From Hydrolagus affinis (lineage: Eukaryota), in assembly GCA_012026655.1 (NCBI GenBank), contig JAAILG010000750.1, positions 1 to 64,000 of the forward strand: a DNA stretch of 64,000 nucleotides. The letters are read 5' to 3'. The notes below the pieces were generated by a model that searched no databases, had not been told where the DNA came from, and saw nothing but the letters and a program-made list of their open reading frames with translations. Positions 1-12,488 of the stretch are shown in pieces (the first letter of the stretch is position 1; each line of letters opens with the position of its first letter). A program made the position numbers and the translations under genes.

Positions 1-200
1 GGAGGAGAGAGACGGCTGGGGGGGTGGGGGGGGAGAGAGATGGCGGTGGGGGGGGGGTCGGGGGAGAGACGGGGTGGATGTGATAATATACAGATAGATA
101 GAGATGGGGGGGGATGTGAGAGAGACACAGACAGAAAAACACAGAGATGGAGAGAGTGAGAGACACAGAGAGAGAAAGATATTTACCTCCTGAGGAGATA
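1..200. repeat. G-run/GA-rich low-complexity sequence
   Basis: Long G runs and (GA)n/(GACA)n tracts. Confidence 0.8.
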
Positions 201-204
201 GGCC

Positions 205-311
205 CCGAATGCGCGCGCATCCGGAACGCGCGCGCACTCCGATATCGGTATATCTCGATATGAGCCCATCGATATATCTAAAACGGAAAATTTCCATATC
301 GACAGACCCTA
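205..311 (+). mobile_element. hAT-like MITE, right end (left end outside the window or degraded)
   Basis: Ends ...ATATCGACAGACCCTA; shares ccgaatgcgcgcgc and atcgatat motifs with the copies at 9946 and 23906. Confidence 0.75.
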
Positions 312-765
312 CTAGAATGGTACCAGGATTGAGGGGCTTCAGTTATGAGGAAAGGCTAGATAGGCCAGAGAAGGTTGAGAGGAGACCTAATAGAGGTTTA
401 TAAAATCATGAGGGGATTCGACAGGGTGAATAAGGAAAAGCTGTTTCCACTAGTGGGCGAATCTGTGACTCGTGGTCACAGATTTAAAATAGTTTCAAAA
501 TGAAACAGAGGGGAGCTGAGGAGAAATTTTTTCACTCAGCGGATTGTTCGAATCTGGAATGCATTGCCTGAAAAGGTGGTGGAAGCTGATTCTAACAGCT
601 TTTAAAAGAGAATTAGATCTTTATTTAGGGAGAACAGGTCTGTTAGTTACAGGAAGAGAGCTGGGTAGTGGGATTGAGTTGCTCTTTTCAAAGAGCCAGC
701 ACAGACTGGATGGGCCAAATGGCCTCCTTTTGTGCCGTAAAATTGTATGATTCTATGATTCTATG
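312..765 (+). mobile_element. CR1-type LINE 3' fragment
   Basis: Degenerate ORF2 C-terminus (TRMVPGLRGFSYEERLDR), followed by a 3' UTR ending in (attctatg)n; similar to 31250-31731. Confidence 0.85.
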
Positions 766-2250
766 TACTGTTACCTGATGTACTCTTGATGACAGGACAA
801 ATCTTACACAACAGAAGGCTGTGCTGAGTCCAACAGCCCTCCCAAGATCCATGCCTTGTATGTTTGTCCTAGCACACCATTCTGTTTCCACCTTAATTCC
901 CATTCAGCTCTTGAGGCTCATGAGAACATGTCAGTAAACCCAACACACACAAAAAAAGTGTTTCTTGAACTGGTAGAAGCAAGTGTTTGAACTTGTCATT
1001 TGCTTTCCTTTCTCCCTCACTTGCAAATTGCAAGCAGGTAAATTGCTCCCAGACTTTTGCCTAGATTAACTGTCCATCTGATTTTCCTATATCATCTTGT
1101 AGGGACCTACTTGTCCTTGCTTTGTAGGCTACCAACAAACGGACATTTGGAACTACCACTGTGCAGCCTCAAACAATATGCTTCCCGATTAGCAAAGGTA
1201 GTAGAATGGTTTGTTATTCATCTGGGCTGCATTAGTCATGTTGCAGTAAACATCCATTCTATAACAGAACACATAATTTTAAGGTAGAAAAATCGAGTCT
1301 TAAGGAGATCAGTGCAAGGTTCCCTTGTGGCTGAAGGGTCAGGTGGTCAGGAATTATCCCAATAGTAAACTCCAGCACAAGAGATAAATGCATAACATGG
1401 GATATCCACATGGTGGCCTCGGAACAGGACTATTCAAGATATTGTTTTCTTGTCGCTTGTTTCCGCTTTTAAATGAATGCAATATTTTTGATGAGAATAA
1501 CGAGGATGCAGATTGGTAAATTTTCTTGAGTTCTTAGAATAATCCTTCCCATTCCTGTTAATTTCTACCAATAGTTTATATTGCAATGGATAAAACTGTA
1601 CCAGAACATGCTGACAGGAGTCCTCTCAACAGGCTAGTGGTACTCGTGATTTAACTATGCAAATACTGCTGCTCATGAGTTAGCCTATTTATCCTGGATG
1701 AATACAATTCAAACCCGTGGATTTCAGTGCCTCGTAGCTGTAGTGATTAGCTTTGCTCCCACACATTCCAACACAGTGAGTTTTAGAACTCGCTTTCCCA
1801 TCAGGTGAAGGTCAGCTGGGTATGATGCTTGAGTAGGAAAATAAATCTTCGACTTTATATTGTTCCAGCTACTCTGCACAGCAGCATTTGCATACCTGTG
1901 GAAGCAGCTTTACCCATTGACACAGATGCACTGCAATTGAATAATCAATTTTATTAAACACCATATAGAATCCGCTGTAAAGCAAGTCTTTTTGTGCTGT
2001 GTTCTATTGTTGGTGGCTTAGGTGGTATAGTTCCAGCAGCTGTAGCCAGTGTCTATTAGTGTGTGGCTATCTCGATGATGTCAATTGACCCAATTATTCC
2101 ACTGAGACTAACCTGGACCATACCTAGTTTCGACATTTGTGTACTTTTAAGCAATCACTGAATACTGATGAGAAATGGGAACCCATTTCACTACCACTGC
2201 CTAGCTGTCCATTGAGTCCTAAATAAAGTGCTACTAATTTGTCCTTTCAG

Positions 2251-2330
2251 GTAAAATCCTCAACGATGATACCCAGATCAAAGATTACAAAATCGATGAG
2301 AAGAATTTCGTAGTGGTTATGGTAACGAAG
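2251..2330 (+). CDS. RAD23: RAD23 exon (UBL C-terminal part)
   Basis: tttcag|GTAAAATC...ACGAAG|gtaaat; (G)[26 protein letters not shown]. Confidence 0.95.
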
Positions 2331-3243
2331 GTAAATGAAATTGCGAGGGGTTTCTGGTGGGTGCTGTGAGTTAAAGCTGTCCTACTTTTTTCAGCCTAAA
2401 TTTGAATCTATTCCAAACAACACATCAGTACCTGTTTCTGCTAGCTATGTGGGTGCAATCTCAGATAGGACTAACTGGCAGTGTCATTCTGGCAGTATGG
2501 AGGGTTGGAGTCGAAATATTGCTGGTGTAGTTGGAAGTTGCAAGCAGGTTGAATGTGTATTCTGAGACTGCGCTCATGTCAAATGTGTTGCATTATTGGT
2601 GTTGATGTAATTCGGTTGTGACATTAAACCGATGTTCCATCTGTCTGTCCAAGTGGATGTTAAAAGTCTCAGAATATTATTAGAGAAGAGAAAGGTTTCT
2701 CTTGGCCAACAATTCTCCAGATAAGAGATGTTTGTTTATTTAATTGGATTTCCAATTGGAATCAAAGGCTATCTATTCTCTCTGGCATTTTATCCATTGG
2801 TGTCATCACTGAAGGAGGAGTTTTGATTTTGTTTGTGTATGTATTCAATGCATTTGACTTGATCGTAAACCTTTATTGCTTTTAAACAGCCTAAAGCAGC
2901 TTCTGTGCCTATACAGCCCTTGGCGCAGGCTTCTCCATCACCTACTCCAGCAAGTACCACAGCCGGTGCCTCCACCACAACCTCTACCCCTGCACCAGCC
3001 CCAGCTGCTGTTGTCCCTGCACCAACACTGGCACCAGTACCAGCCCCAGTTCCAGCATCAGAGCCTTCCAGTACAGCCACAGAGGAAAAGCCAAAGGAAG
3101 AAGAAACGAAAGAAGAAAGCAGCGCCACTCCTGAAGCAGCCCCAAGGTACAGGCCTGAGGGCTCCAGGGTTTCTGAGACACCCATCTCTAAGGTGGAGAA
3201 AAGCAGTAGGACTCCAGGCAGTTTTGGGGGACATTTTTTGATA

Positions 3244-3283
<40 letters not shown>

Positions 3284-6200
3284 ATACAAAAATCTGTCCT
3301 TTTACCTAAGGTCTGGAGTAGATGATCCAAATATCAGATCAGTGTCCTGAAATCGGTGGGCCTGAAGCTAAACTGCCATTAGATGGTTGGTTTTTTGAAC
3401 TGAAGAGAGTAATGCTTTTAAAATTCCTGCATACACGTTTGATGCCCATTTTGTTAGAGCCATCATGATTATTGACTTGCATTATAAAATGTGGTTGTTT
3501 ATTGCAGTGAATGAGAAAAATCATAACTTTTTTTGAGAGGAGTGTACGTGCCAAGGTCATTATCTTCCCGTAAAAGTCTTGGAATCCTATTTAGACCAAG
3601 GCTAGCTTCATAATTAAATTCTGATTTTCTGCTGTCAAAGGAGATGTATATCTTTGGGTCTTTGGTATGCATGTTAAACTCCCACTGTATCTCATAAATT
3701 CCAGGTGGCACATATTGTGAAGTTCTGTAGCTCAGTGGTTAGAGCACCTGCCTCGCAAGTGGGAGACCCTGATTCCTAGCAGGGTGATATGTTGGACAAG
3801 TTTCTTTACTTCACACTCTTCCCCAGCACCTTGGGGCGTCCTCCCGACATGAAAGGCGCTATACAAATGTAATTTTGTTGTTGTAAGTGGGAACCCAGGT
3901 GTTAGTTGATTGGCTGATTGCTTTTCCTTGGGGATTAATTCCTTCCAAAAAAATATGGTCACTTCATTCCATGACAGTTTGTGGGACTCTACTGTGTGCA
4001 ATTGGCTAACGTCCACAAAATATACAGTCAATTTACTTTACAGTATATTTTGTGAAGCGCTTTGAGATGTCTCAAAAGACATAGAGCACTATATCAGATG
4101 CAATAATTATTATACGCTACTCTGCAGTTCCTTTTCCCACTTCTCTTGCCCCTCCAAAGGATTTCAATCTTGTCGGAGGTTGGATATTTCTCTATAAAAA
4201 GGAAAATTCCCAAATGAGTGGCTCCACAGCTCCTTACAGCCAGATCAATAAAACAATGGGAGCTTCTGAGCAAGTAGGCATGCTGGAAATGCATGTAAAG
4301 AATACAAAGTTTATGAACATAATCCTAAAGAGTTTGATGGCATTGTTAAATATTTATAATACTCCTTGCTTCTTCTTAACCGAAGTTAATGTAATGCACA
4401 ATGTTGATAATAACAAACTTAGTTTCCTGTAGTTTTATTGAGAAACAATTTGGAGGACTGAAGAACTATTTGTAGGGTGAGCGAATTAGCAGCAATGCCT
4501 TCCGTGGCAAATGGTCAAGAATGAATGTTGATAATAATTATCATCCTTGCATTTGATACAGAACTTTATCACGTCTTTGAGATTTCTCAAACCTCTTCAC
4601 AGATTTTACTGTAAAGTGTAGTGACTACATTTTGTAGGCTAAACACGATAGTGTTTATTTATCATTTTTGTTTAGAAGGGATTATTATCCCCAGAAAAGC
4701 CGTCCACCAATTGACTTAACAACTGGGTTCTGATTTGCTGTTAGATGAACAGAAGTATATTGAGTAAGAAAACTTGGTCAAGTGCTTTAACCACAAAGCT
4801 CCACAAATCTTCGGGTACTAAAAGGGAAGGGTGGTGGTGAACCATTGTTGAAATTATTAATCTGTAGGATTTTTCCTTTTTTAAAAAAAAAATCACTGAA
4901 GGGTGCCTCTCCAGTGCCTTTTCTATTGCCCTTTTGAGAAGTCAGTATGGCGAGCTGCTTATTGCTCTCTTCTCGTTTTAGACCCTTGACTGAAGAAATA
5001 GATTTGAATCTGGTGGAAGCAGCCTCCTCCACATTAGGTGAGTTTCATTCTCTGTAGGGATGATGGTTCATATTGCTAATGAAATGTTTGTGATAAGTTA
5101 TCTTTTTGTAAGGCTTGAATGCTATATTTAAAAATTCCCATCAATTTTAAAATTATTTACCCTCTTGTCAGTGTTACCTGACGAATATAGAGTATTTGCA
5201 TGAATAAAAGGCATGTTGAAGGCATATTATCTCTGCAGCATTAGAATGTTCTCATAGTTTCTTTGGTATGTGTGCACACCCTCTTTTTTTTTGCCCCCTC
5301 CCTCCCACACTTACTCAGAAGCAAATCAATGAACAGAGTTATTGGCCACACTACTCTTGAGTTGCTAGCAATATGTGTGCAAGAGTTAGTTCTCACTCAA
5401 CCTCAAAACCCTTTTGTGAAATTCTCTTTTCTCTCTCCTCTCCCCTTTCCCATTGTTAGTATTAAAGGACAGAAGCTAAAGTAATCATCTTAGTGGAATT
5501 CAGCTTTTTGAGTCTCAGTCTGAATAAAGCCTTTTGAGTTAGTCTTGAGAGTAGAGGTCTGATTTTAGTGTAATAGTTTGACATGGGTACCTCACTGACT
5601 GAGCTATAGTGTTTTGTGTCCTAATTGACTTTATTGAAATAACTATTGCACAAGTCTTAGAGATCAATTTTTAAGCATGGTTATCAGACTGCTGCATGCA
5701 GGGGTGGAGGCTATCAATGAAAATAAAGTAAATGTGCAAATGAAGAATGTCTTTCTGCAATGCTAATTCCCAGGGAATTACTGTTACTACCTCCTTTCAA
5801 TGCAAGCACAGTTCTATACTTTGCAATGCCCTCTGTTGAAGGTTGAGGAAATGACTTATTTTCGTCTTGCCTCGTTTTAGTTTTCAGGTTGCTCCGGGGG
5901 CGGGGGGGGTGGGGTCGACTAGCCTGCACAAAGCGTGCTGTGTGAATGCAAGTTGTTGATGTTGTTTTATGCTGAATGTTGAACGTTTACCTCAGTTACA
6001 GGCACGGCATATGAGAATCTGGTGGCGGAAATTATGTCAATGGGCTACGAGCGGGAGCAGGTTCTCGCAGCACTACGAGCAAGCTTCAACAATCCAGACA
6101 GAGCAGTGGAATATCTTCTGACAGTGAGCACAGCATCCAAACCGATTCCATTTGCAATGTTTTTTTTGTGTCTTAATCTAGATGCAGGATTGATTGGGAT

Positions 6201-9200
6201 GTTTAAGAGACAGGCATATAGTTGGGAATAATAATAATCCTTGTATTTGTATTGCAATTGACTGAACATTATTTTGCCCACAAATCTACAGTCAGTTTAC
6301 TTCAGTATATTCTGTAAAGCGCTTTGAGGCATCTAGAAGACCTGAAAGTACTATAGTCAAATGCAAGGATTATTATTATAATAATTATTATTAAATAGAA
6401 GATATACAGACAGAATGTGGAAATAGGATTGGAAAATCTGCCTTGATCTAATAAACTGGGTTCTTGCCCGGCATCTCTATCTCAACACCTACATTCAGTG
6501 AATTAGGATTGAGCTGGCTTTCAGGAGTTCAGCGGTCAAATACAGAGCTTACTTTGAGGTCTGTATGATTAAGAGCACTTTAGTTTCTAGCAGGTACCTG
6601 GTGCCACTGGAACTATCCTTTAATAGAAGGATGAATGAGACAAATTTCGTCAGGTTAGTAATGGATTGAGGGAGCCTGAAAGGATCCTGAACATGGAATA
6701 GCAAGTAAAATACTCTGAAACAACTGGCTTGTAGAAGTTGCTGTGTTGTGCATAAGGGAGCTGAATAAGCAGGTGTCATTATTGATAACATTTTCTCATG
6801 TCCGTTCACTCAGCAGTAAAGCCTGCCAAAATTGATTAAGATTCTGTTGATTGCTGATGCAATCAATAATATACTTAATATTATACTTTGTAAGTTGTTC
6901 GGTGTGGCAGGGGGTGCTTTGCCTTACCTGTGTGTAAAACATGAGTGACTTGGTTGGCATTTCCTTCTCAAAGGTGCTTATACTGGCCAGCAAGTCTTGC
7001 AGTGCATCTTTTGTGCCTTAAACATTTAAGACTAGCTAATTGTAAATTGTAAAAGTTTATATTTTTGTCAAGAATAATGTTTGCTCGCATGATTCAGGTT
7101 GTATTGCATCCATCCTTCTATTGTTCACCATGGTTAAAGGGACTTATTTCATAAGGATGCTGAATGCAAAATGTTACATGGTGTTTGAGCTATCTTGTGT
7201 TGCTGATATTTTAAACGTTGATTGCTATTCCACGCACCACAAAGGTGAGATGGGTCACTGGTGTACTTTGCTCTTTTGTTTAGGGAATTCCAGCAGAGCC
7301 AGAAATCCCAGAGGAACCACAGCCTCGAGTCACAACGCAACCACCATCACAACAGACATCGCAGTCTACACCAAGCAGTGAGTGCACTGTATAGTTGTGT
7401 GTGTATGTGAGGACTAGATCTTTATGTTGACCAATGATTAAAATGAATAGGAACACTGCAGTTTCCCTTTCCTTCCCCTCCACCCCCCCACTCCTATTTT
7501 CTGCTGCCTCTATCAGTGATTTTGGCCACTTGTGACGTAAGCAACTCCAATGTGTTTTGAACAGACTTGTGTTCTTTTCCGACTCCATTAGTGGAATTGA
7601 CAGGTGTTTTGAGTAGCCTATTGTCTGTGATTTTTTGGGTATTAGAATCTGTGGTAGCTTCACCAGCAGTACTGGGACCTTTGCACAGTTTCAGTATCAG
7701 CTAAAAAGCTTTGATAAATGTGACATATGGTCAGGGTATTATTCCCGTAGAGATCACAAGTAATGTGATGGGGATTTTGCTTAGGCAGAATGCAGAGGAA
7801 GTTTTGATAATTTCAGACTTTACAATCACCAAAGCTAAAGCTGGGTGAGTTGGCAGCACCACAAGTTACAAAGGGCAGATTAACAATAGGGTTTGTGGCT
7901 TGCAACTAATATCAGTTTTATTTTCTCACCAATCCTGCTTCCTGAACACCTGTGTTTTTCAGTGCTACAATTCCCTGGATGTGCTCTGGCTGCTTCCCCA
8001 AGTGGCCATTAGTTATGTGTGAGCTTCGACAAGGAATGGGCAGTTCATCCATGTGTTGCAATACAGCCAATTCAGATCGCATCTTCACCCTACATTTACA
8101 CATCATCTTTCAAGAAGGGTCAACAGAAACCCTTTTGGTTCCGTTTCTATCCACCCACCCACCCCCTACCCTTGTGGATTCAGAAATGGTGTGATCACAG
8201 AGATGAATGAGGCAGTACAAGCTGAGTAGACTAATAGGAAACCAACCCATTTATTTTAAGAATTTGTTAGGATAGAGTATATATAACCTGCTCGTTAGGT
8301 TTCTGAAACATGAGTGCAAGTGGAGCTGATTGGATTATAATATGCAAAAAGCCTAAAGTGTTCCTCCGTTAGGCTGACCTGACTGTAGATTTTACTTTAG
8401 ACTTTGATAACTACAATGTGTGAAGCTGCCTCCTTAAGGTGTTCGATGGTCTCATTCCAGGTAACCCACTAGAGTTTCTGCGAACTCAACCCCAGTTTCA
8501 GCAGATGCGCCAGGTTATACAGCAAAACCCATCACTATTGCCAGCCCTACTTCAGCAACTTGGTAGAGACAACCCAACGCTCCTACAGGTAGGATATTCT
8601 TTTATGCGTGATCTTAGACACCGGGTCTTTTGATTAGGCTAATTGATTTAGGGGTAGAGGGAGTGAGGTAGTATTAGTTTTGTCTAATCTTAGCCAGGTT
8701 TACACATTTTTCAGTCAGCACACCTGGATAATTTCAAGAAGTAGGACTCTTGGTTTATTTCTTCATTTAAAATTCATTAAAAAAAAGTTATTTTAAATTA
8801 AATTGAATTTTATTTAAAAAATTTATTTAAAATTTCAATTTTTAAATTTATTTTAAATTGAATTTTTTAAAGTTATTTTTAAATGAAAGGTTTTTAAAGT
8901 TATGCTAAAGATATGTTTGTTCACCTGGGTTTGCAGATTATCTGTTGTTTTGACCTGATTCAAACGAGAGTAGGACTCGTTTTGTTTTTTCCTTTTTCCC
9001 AGATTTTTGCGGGGCACAGACCACAATTAATTGACACCCTTATTCTCATCTCTGAAGAGTATAACCAAAAATGTTTCCACATCATACCTAAAGCACTTCA
9101 CTTTGATATTAATCTGGTGAATGCTTGCTGTGTGCTTGGTGTTTTCCCAGGATTGGTGTCCAAACTGAACCCAGTAGTCCAAATGAGGACCAACCAGTGC

Positions 9201-11819
9201 TCCTCTATCTGGAGGCACTATGTCCTTGTTGAGATCAGTGTGATGTGTGTATTCTATACAAGCTTATCCATGTCCACTATTGCTAAATATATTCCAGCAA
9301 ATAACTCAGCACCAGGAGCAGTTTGTTCAGATGCTGAATGACCCCGTTGGAGAGGTTGCAGGTGAAGGGGCAGAAGGTCATGGGTCACCGCACACTAACT
9401 ACATCCAGGTTACACCCCAGGAAAAGGAAGCAATAGAAAGGGTAAGTGGTTATGAATTGTGTGCGTGCGCATTTGTGCCAGTAAAAGTTGTCCAAGATCA
9501 TTGCAACTTTGCAATAACTGCAACTTTGATTTATATAGCACCCTCCAGGCCAGATGGCGTCTCAGAGCGCTTCACAATAACGGAGCCTGAGGCCGAGCTG
9601 GGGGTGGGTGGGGAGAAAGTGACTAGGCACAGTTGAACAGAAAGGTCTTCAGGCGCGACCTGAAAATGGAAAAGGAGTGGTGAGGCAGAGGGATTGAGGG
9701 AGGGAGTTCTAGAGTTTTGGGGCATAGTGGCTGAAAGCACGGCCACCGATTGTGGAGCGGAGGATTTGTGGGACGATGAGGAGGCCAGACCCAATAGAGT
9801 GGAGGCAGCGGGTACTGCTGTGAGGAGAGAGGAGGTTAGAGAGGTAGTGGGGTGCAGAGGAGTGGAGGGATTTAAACAAGAGTGAGGATCTTGGAGTCAA
9901 TCTGCTCTGTGACAGGGAGCCAGTGAAATTTGACAAGAGCTGGGGTAGGGTCTGTCGATATATCGATATATCAGTTATATCCGGAGACCAGGGTGTGGGG
10001 GGGGGGGGGGGAAGAGATGCGCGTGCACCTCCGAATGCACGAGCAGTACTAAAAACCCGATACATCGGTATATATCGATATATCTAAATTGGAAAATTTC
10101 CGTATCAACGGACCCTAGGCTGGGGTAATCGGGAAGTGAAGTTTGGTTTGGGTGAGAATGCGGGTGGCGGAGTTCTGTGTGAGCTGGATTTTGTGAATGG
10201 TGACAGAGGCTAGACTGGCAAGGAGGGCGTTGGAGTTGTCCAGCCGAGAGGTGACAAAAGGCATGAACCAGAGTTTCGGCAGGTTTTAGAGTGAGATATT
10301 GGCGGAGACTGGCGATGTGGCAGAGATGATTTGGAAATGTACCTGTGTTCCATCATCGGTGGCTGCGCTTTCAGCCATTATACGTACTCCTGGAATACTC
10401 TCCCTGTATCCCTCTGCCATGTCCCCTCGTTCCCCATCTTCAGGGCATGCCTGAAGACCTTCTTATTTGTCCATGCTTATGGTCACCTTTCGCACTGTCA
10501 AGCGCTCTTGGGCAATTCCCTGTTTAAACAACGCTTTATAATGCACGTTCTTGTTGTACCTTTTAAGAATGTTCATTTACTGAAGATGATTTTCTATCAG
10601 TGGTTCAGGAGCTTGTTTCTCCTGCCACACTAACCGAAGGATTTTATATTACCTGTGTGTTTGCTGATGACTGACTAAAACAAAGACTGATTTGAGTTTC
10701 GGGAAACATTCTTGTGCGAGACCTATTTTCACAAATTCTGACTCAAGAGTGTGGACACGTTCTACTTGACAATCTTCCTCAGCTTTGGCCCCTCTGCGGA
10801 CAGCACAGAATTGAGTGCTTTCTCACTGAGATCTAATTCCAAGGCTATTGAAATTAAGGAAATTGCATCAGTTGGTTGTATTCCACTATAATTTAATTAA
10901 GAGTACACAGATACTCAGAGTTGGTAGATTTTAATTGAGAAGATACAGGTAGAGGTGATGATTTGTTGACTCTTTATTGACTATACCTACAAATACATTC
11001 TAAAGATGAGCAACGAATGACAGTGTATTTTACCTGGGTGACTTCATGTAAACTATTTCAGCATTAGGCAGTTTTTCACTCTTCATTTGGTTGGATGCAT
11101 TCTTCCTATCTCTGAGACCAATATACTATGTATAGGGTGCTGCATGAATGCAGGTTGTACCCAGGTCTAAAAACTTCTATCTGGCCAGTGATACCTTACT
11201 ATAGTCCTGTTCAGGAGGCTGCAGAGACGACCATGGTCATATATCACTTTTCAGAGATATGCAAGCCAGCTGGCTGCATGAGGGTGGCTTGCACATTTCC
11301 AGTCAGTCCTCTGGCACATAAGAGTGAAGAGTCATTCATGGTCAAGATTAACAGGACGAAAGAGTTGCTTTGGCTGAAAAGCAGTGTTTACACAAGGAAC
11401 ATACTTTGCTCTTGAAGCTCACAATAGATAAAACAAGTACAGTATCCTGTAAAAAGAAACAAAAATATTACCTACAAATACACAGTCACTGCACTTTACA
11501 GTAAAATCTTTTGATGAGAAAGGCATTATACACAATGTAAGGTTTATCATAATAATAGTTATTAGATTAGTTTTTATTGAAAATAACTTGCACTTTTATA
11601 CTATTATTACATCAGAATTGAATAATTACCCGAGTGCAGTGACTGTTGATGTAGGCAAACGCAACAATGGTTGAATTTAACATTCCGTATTTTATTTTCT
11701 TGTAGTTAAAGGCGTTGGGTTTCCCCGAAGGACTCGTCATTCAAGCCTACTTTGCGTGTGAGAAGAATGAAAATCTTGCTGCAAACTTCCTCCTCCAGCA
11801 GAACTTTGATGATGAATGA
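2251..11819 (+). CDS. RAD23: UV excision repair protein RAD23 homolog (RAD23A/B-like), 5'-partial; 8 coding exons: 2251-2330, 2890-3146, 4982-5037, 5996-6123, 7284-7377, 8461-8588, 9298-9441, 11706-11819
   Basis: Spliced translation gives UBL end [30 protein letters not shown]1 [34 protein letters not shown]-binding [34 protein letters not shown] and UBA2 [37 protein letters not shown]. All introns are GT-AG with compatible phases. The first exons lie upstream of the window; A vs B assignment is uncertain. Confidence 0.96.
2605..2720 (+). mobile_element. old Deu-domain SINE fragment (SacSINE/AmnSINE-like)
   Basis: gacattaaaccgatgttccatctg...gtggatgttaaaag...tggccaaca resembles the Deu core (from memory) and the copy at 34066-34195. 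Confidence 0.5.
2890..3146 (+). CDS. RAD23: RAD23 exon (P/A/T/S-rich linker)
   Basis: aaacag|CCTAAAGCA...CCAAG|gtacag; [24 protein letters not shown]...EAAP; phase 2 end matches the next exon. Confidence 0.9.
3240..3282. repeat. (TA)n microsatellite
   Basis: atatatat... with one ac interruption. Confidence 0.95.
3722..4112 (+). mobile_element. tRNA-derived SINE (main family), near full length, with an L2-type tail inserted at ~3820-3885
   Basis: tRNA-like head gtagctcagtggttagagca (A box), body gtttgtggga..gcaattggct..cagtcaatttactttacagtata..gtgaagcgctttgaga, and (taa/tta)n tail. Confidence 0.8.
4530..4810 (-). mobile_element. SINE (main family), diverged
   Basis: Reverse orientation: ataataat..atccttgcatttgata...aaacttggtcaagtgctttaaccac. 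Confidence 0.7.
4982..5037 (+). CDS. RAD23: RAD23 56-bp exon before UBA1
   Basis: ttttag|ACCCTTG...ACATTAG|gtgagt; (R)[18 protein letters not shown](V). Confidence 0.9.
5996..6123 (+). CDS. RAD23: RAD23 exon (UBA1)
   Basis: cctcag|TTACAGGC...CTGACA|gtgagc; [43 protein letters not shown]. Confidence 0.96.
6230..6392 (+). mobile_element. SINE (main family) 3' fragment(s)
   Basis: cagtcagtttacttcagtatattctgtaaagcgctttgag...aaatgcaaggattattatt. Confidence 0.7.
7284..7377 (+). CDS. RAD23: RAD23 exon (linker)
   Basis: gtttag|GGAATTCCA...CCAAGCA|gtgagt; [31 protein letters not shown]. Confidence 0.9.
8461..8588 (+). CDS. RAD23: RAD23 exon (XPC-binding/STI1 domain)
   Basis: ttccag|GTAACCCA...CTACAG|gtagga; [43 protein letters not shown]. 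Confidence 0.96.
8760..8905. repeat. AT-rich low-complexity tract
   Basis: Almost entirely A/T, with repeated ttttaaatt(g)aatttt units. Confidence 0.8.
9298..9441 (+). CDS. RAD23: RAD23 exon
   Basis: ttccag|CAAATA...GAAAGG|gtaagt; [16 protein letters not shown]...[15 protein letters not shown]. Confidence 0.96.
9515..10330 (-). mobile_element. L2-type LINE 3' fragment interrupted by a hAT-like MITE
   Basis: Minus-strand translation [20 protein letters not shown]...[12 protein letters not shown] matches the L2 ORF2 C-terminus; the 3' tail is near 9520. Confidence 0.8.
9946..10117 (+). mobile_element. hAT-like MITE (short copy)
   Basis: TIRs TAGGGTCTGTCGATA / TATCAACGGACCCTA; 8-bp TSD agctgggg / ggctgggg. 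Confidence 0.85.
10340..10555 (+). mobile_element. L2-type 3' fragment
   Basis: [30 protein letters not shown] motif and an L2-like tail. Confidence 0.7.
11706..11819 (+). CDS. RAD23: RAD23 last coding exon (UBA2) with TGA stop
   Basis: ttgtag|TTAAAGGCG...GATGAATGA; [37 protein letters not shown]. Confidence 0.96.
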   Translation, partial: LKALGFPEGLVIQAYFACEKNENLAANFLLQQNFDDE

Positions 11820-12311
11820 GTAATTTTCCCCTCCCCACCCCCCCCAACCCCCATGCTTTTTTTTTCTCCAGAGCCCGGCTCACTTTCTGTATCTGCAGTG
11901 GGTGGTTTTTGGTGAGGCCAGCTATAGTGTGCATTACCTGGCCACATGCGCATTGTGAAGTGCAGCACTGGAAAGCACGTATTTAAAACAAACAAACAAA
12001 CAAACCGAAGACGCAAGTATCCCTTTGGTCAGTCTATACTAGGTGACATATTACAGTTCATATTGACTATCCACTTTGGGAGGTGGGAGTGGGGTGGTGG
12101 GGAGTGGGCCTATATTCACAAAAGTTTCTGGAAAATATATATATGTGCACCAAAAAATTCCTAGCGCCTGAATTTTAAGATACAAAAAAAAAGCATCTGT
12201 GCCTTTTGTGAATATGGGCCTGGGTTTAAGATGAAAGTGGCCGAAGTTTGAGGTACTTCTGCAGAAGAATGTTTCAAATTTGCCTACAATCAGAATTATC
12301 AGTAATTTTTC

Positions 12312-12314
<3 letters not shown>

Positions 12315-12346
<32 letters not shown>
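12315..12346. repeat. (TG)16 microsatellite in the probable RAD23 3' UTR
   Basis: Direct read. Confidence 0.95.
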
Positions 12347-12352
<6 letters not shown>

Positions 12353-12482
12353 CACGCTTGTGTGTTTTGGGGGTTAGGAGAGGCTGGGGAAGAGGAGATG
12401 AGTACCGGATAAAGATTACGTGGGGTGGGTGGGAGGTGATCCAATCATTTTAGTGCTGACTGACCTGTGATTGCCATTCTGG

Positions 12483-12488
12483 AATAAA
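12483..12488 (+). terminator. candidate proximal polyadenylation signal AATAAA
   Basis: AATAAA followed ~30 nt later by GU-rich tgtgttgtgtctg. Confidence 0.4.

Noticed and set aside
2790-3330. Several overlapping ORFs (131, 121, 90, 65 aa) around the RAD23 linker exon
   Set aside because: Alternative frames and antisense shadows of a low-complexity P/A/T exon plus the (TA)n repeat; only 2890-3146 in the PKAAS frame is supported by splice sites and phase.
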